The position numbers and the translations under genes were made by a program. Under the pieces are notes generated by a model, which saw only the letters and a list, made by a program, of their open reading frames with translations, did no database searches and was not told the origin of the DNA. A DNA stretch of 63,998 nt, the filler included, from Octopus bimaculoides (Eukaryota): NCBI RefSeq assembly GCF_001194135.2. It is 8 parts of 7 records of this genome, joined end to end, with 100 filler letters (N's around TTAATTAATTAA, not from the genome) between each part and the next. Parts side by side here need not be neighbours in the genome. Positions count along the whole stretch, not along the records: positions 61,252 to 62,882 come from NW_026433261.1; positions 62,983 to 63,998 come from NW_026426609.1; 6 more parts are not named here. One strand, given 5' to 3'. How positions within the stretch are numbered: the first letter of the stretch is position 1; each line of letters starts with the position of its first letter. Of this stretch, positions 61,253-63,998 are shown one piece after another.

Positions 61253-62882
61253 AAAAGAGGTATCTTCCAGGGAGACTCTTGTTCACCTTTGTTATTTGTT
61301 ACAGCCTTGATCCCACTTTCTGTTGTCCTACACAAAGTCAACATGCACTATGAGCTGAGAAAGAATGGACCACATCTCAGCCACTTCTTCATGGATGATT
61401 TAAAACTGTTCGCAAAAACAGATCCTGAAATAGAGAAGCTGGTTGAGACTGTGCAGTTGTGCAGCAAGGATACGGGAATGGAATTCACTATCTCAAAGTG
61501 CAGTGCCCACTTTGAAACGGAGGAAAAGAGCAGATTGTAGGGGCATAGAATTGCCAAATAGAGAGAGGGTGGAAGACCCGAATGATGATGGATACAAGTA
61601 CCTTGGGATCCAGGAACTGGACAACATCTTGCACAGAAAAATGAAAGACAAGGTCATCACTGCATATTTGAAGTGCCTCAAACTTCTTTTAAAATCAAAA
61701 CTCAACTCAAAGAATCTTGTGATTGCCATCAACATATGGGATGTTGCTGGAGTCCACTATAGTGTACCCATCCTGAAATGGACAGAATAGGAGATTAACC
61801 AACTCGATTGCACTACCCGAAAGGCAATGACAATCCATGGTGCCCTCCACCCTAAGGTGAATGTACACAGGCTCTACATGAAAAGGTGTAAAGGTGGGTG
61901 TGGGCTTATTAGCATATGAGAGTGCATCAACAGTGAAAGACCTGCTACAATATGCTGCTAATACAGAAGGATTTACCAAAAATGGACTTGAGAGAGTTAA
62001 TGAATTCTGATCCCAGATAGCCAACAAGAGAGAAGAAACTCTACTCTACATGGAATTATATGGTCAGTTCTACCATGAAACTAACAACTTAAAAGACCAG
62101 GAAGCATCATGGAGGTGGCTCAACAAGGATGACCTAAAAAAAAAATAATGAAAGCCTAATCATCGTGGCCCAGGACCAGGCATTGAATACCAACTCAGTG
62201 AAAAGGGATATATACCACAGAAGTGCAACGAACCTCTGCAGAATGTGTGGGAAGAGGGTCGAAAGCATGATTCACATTGTTAGTGTTTGTAAAAGTCTTG
62301 TGCATAAAGAGTACAAGCATAGACATGACAAGGTAGCTCAAAACTATGCTGGAAGTATGGATGTGAGGTAATGGGCACTTGGTACCAAAATGCACTGGAA
62401 ATGGTAATGGATGAAAAGGTTAAAAAAAAATCCTCTGGGGCTTTGACTTCCAGACAGACAAGGTGTTAGAGCACCGAAGGCCGGATATAGTAACCTTTAG
62501 GAGGGACTAACAAAAATGCCTAATAATCGACATTGCAGTGCCAGGTGATCAACATATTATCATGAAAGAAAGAGAAAAGATTGATAAATATGGAGACCTG
62601 AGAATTGAAATCACCAAGGTGTGGCAGCTATGAGAGTCAAACATAAAGATTGCCCCTGTTGTCATTGGAGCATTGGGTTCAATACCACCCAAGCTGAAAA
62701 AACATCTCAAAATTTTAGAAATACCCTACAATCTAGGTGTTTTGTAAAAATCAGCATTACTTGCAACTGCACACATATTGTGTAAAATACTGTCAGTCTG
62801 AGGTCCTTGTGACTTGACAGACAGTACAAACACCCAGTAGACACAATATCTTCAATCAACAACATCACGATATTGTATACTG
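61253..62882 (+). mobile_element. R4/Dong-clade non-LTR retrotransposon, RT to endonuclease (lineage II), multiple stops and frameshifts
   Basis: KRGIFQGDSCSPLLF, FMDDLKLFAK, YKYLG, KSKLNSKNLVIAIN, LYMKRCKGGCGL, CCHC finger CRMCGKRVESMIHIVSVC, RHDKVA, HRRPDIV, IIDIAVPGD, KEREKIDKYGDL, VIGALG, TAHILCKILSV* (stop 62799-62801). Confidence 0.95.
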
Positions 62883-63199
62883 NNNNNNNNNNNNNNNNNN
62901 NNNNNNNNNNNNNNNNNNNNNNNNNNTTAATTAATTAANNNNNNNNNNNNNNNNNNNNNNNNNNNNNNNNNNNNNNNNNNNNCACATACATATATACATA
63001 TATATATATACACACAAATATACATATATACACATACACACAAATATACATATATACACATACATATAAATATATATATCTATGTCTATACACATATACA
63101 TATCTATGTAACAGTGTAAAAACAATTTACGTATCTATACACTAATGAGGTGACCTTTGATGGGACACCTTACGCGTTAGAAAGGGCACGAGACAATAC

Positions 63200-63615
63200 T
63201 CTCTTTACTCTTACTCTTTTACTTGTTTCAGTCATTTGACTGTGGCCACTGCCTTTAGTCAAACAAATCGACACCAGGATTTATTCTTTGTAAACCGAGT
63301 ACTTATACTATCGGTGTCTTTTGCCGAACCACTAAAGTTACGGGGACGTAAACACACCAGCATCGGTTGTCAAGTGATCTTGTGGGGGACAAACACAGAC
63401 ACACAAATACACACGCACACACATATATTTATATATATATATATATATATACATATATACGATGGGCTTCTTTCAGTTTCTGTCTACCAAATCCACTCAC
63501 AAGGCTTTGGTCAGCCCGAGGCTATAGTAGAAGACACTTGCCCAAGGTGCCACACAGTAGGACTGAACCCAGAACCATGGGGTTGGTAAGCAAGCTACTT
63601 ACTACACAGCCACAC
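63200..63615 (-). mobile_element. SINE family A, near full length
   Basis: All A modules present; (AAGAGT)-like tail; short deletion in the tail. Confidence 0.93.
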
Positions 63616-63763
63616 GTGTCTATAATAGCGAGTTAATTAATAACTTATTTATTAATTGAAAAACTGACAAACATCCCTTACAGATTTTTCAAATCCATAT
63701 ATATGCAATACATATACTTATATACATACATATACATATAAATAAAGATGCATATATATAATA

Positions 63764-63801
<38 letters not shown>

Positions 63802-63998
63802 TAAATATACATATATCTATCTATATAAATATACATATTTAGATATATATGTACAATTATATACATATATTGTATCATACGCCTCCGTTGGTCATGGCCG
63901 ACCATGGATGATGTCATCCGTCCGTTTAGTTGTCTATTCAGTTTTTGCAATGCTACTAGGCTGAAACAGCTGTAAGTCATTGTCCCATTTTCTGTCAC

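Overview
Repeat-saturated, AT-rich metazoan genomic DNA from a gapped draft assembly. The SINE families and the extreme microsatellite load point to a coleoid cephalopod, probably Octopus (inference from pattern recognition). No host gene can be identified: the long ORFs in the track are microsatellite or N-gap artefacts, and three candidate exons are weak. The window is a graveyard of decayed mobile elements. It holds at least six R4/Dong-clade non-LTR retrotransposon pieces from two lineages, a Tx1/L1-clade LINE, three CR1-type LINE 3' ends, hAT, mariner and Tigger transposase remnants, four MITE/fold-back elements, about 30 SINE copies in four tRNA-headed families (labelled A-D here), and a Penelope-like direct-repeat unit with a minimal hammerhead ribozyme fold. 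The most notable structure is a microsatellite-centred retroelement system. R4/Dong copies of one lineage begin and end in (CATA)n, carry (CATA)n in their own 3' UTR, and stack head-to-tail. The Tx1 LINE sits in (CTAT)n and shares its last 42 nt with a SINE subfamily. The SINEs swap heads and tails around shared cores. All alignments, counts and coordinates were made by eye; element boundaries are approximate.
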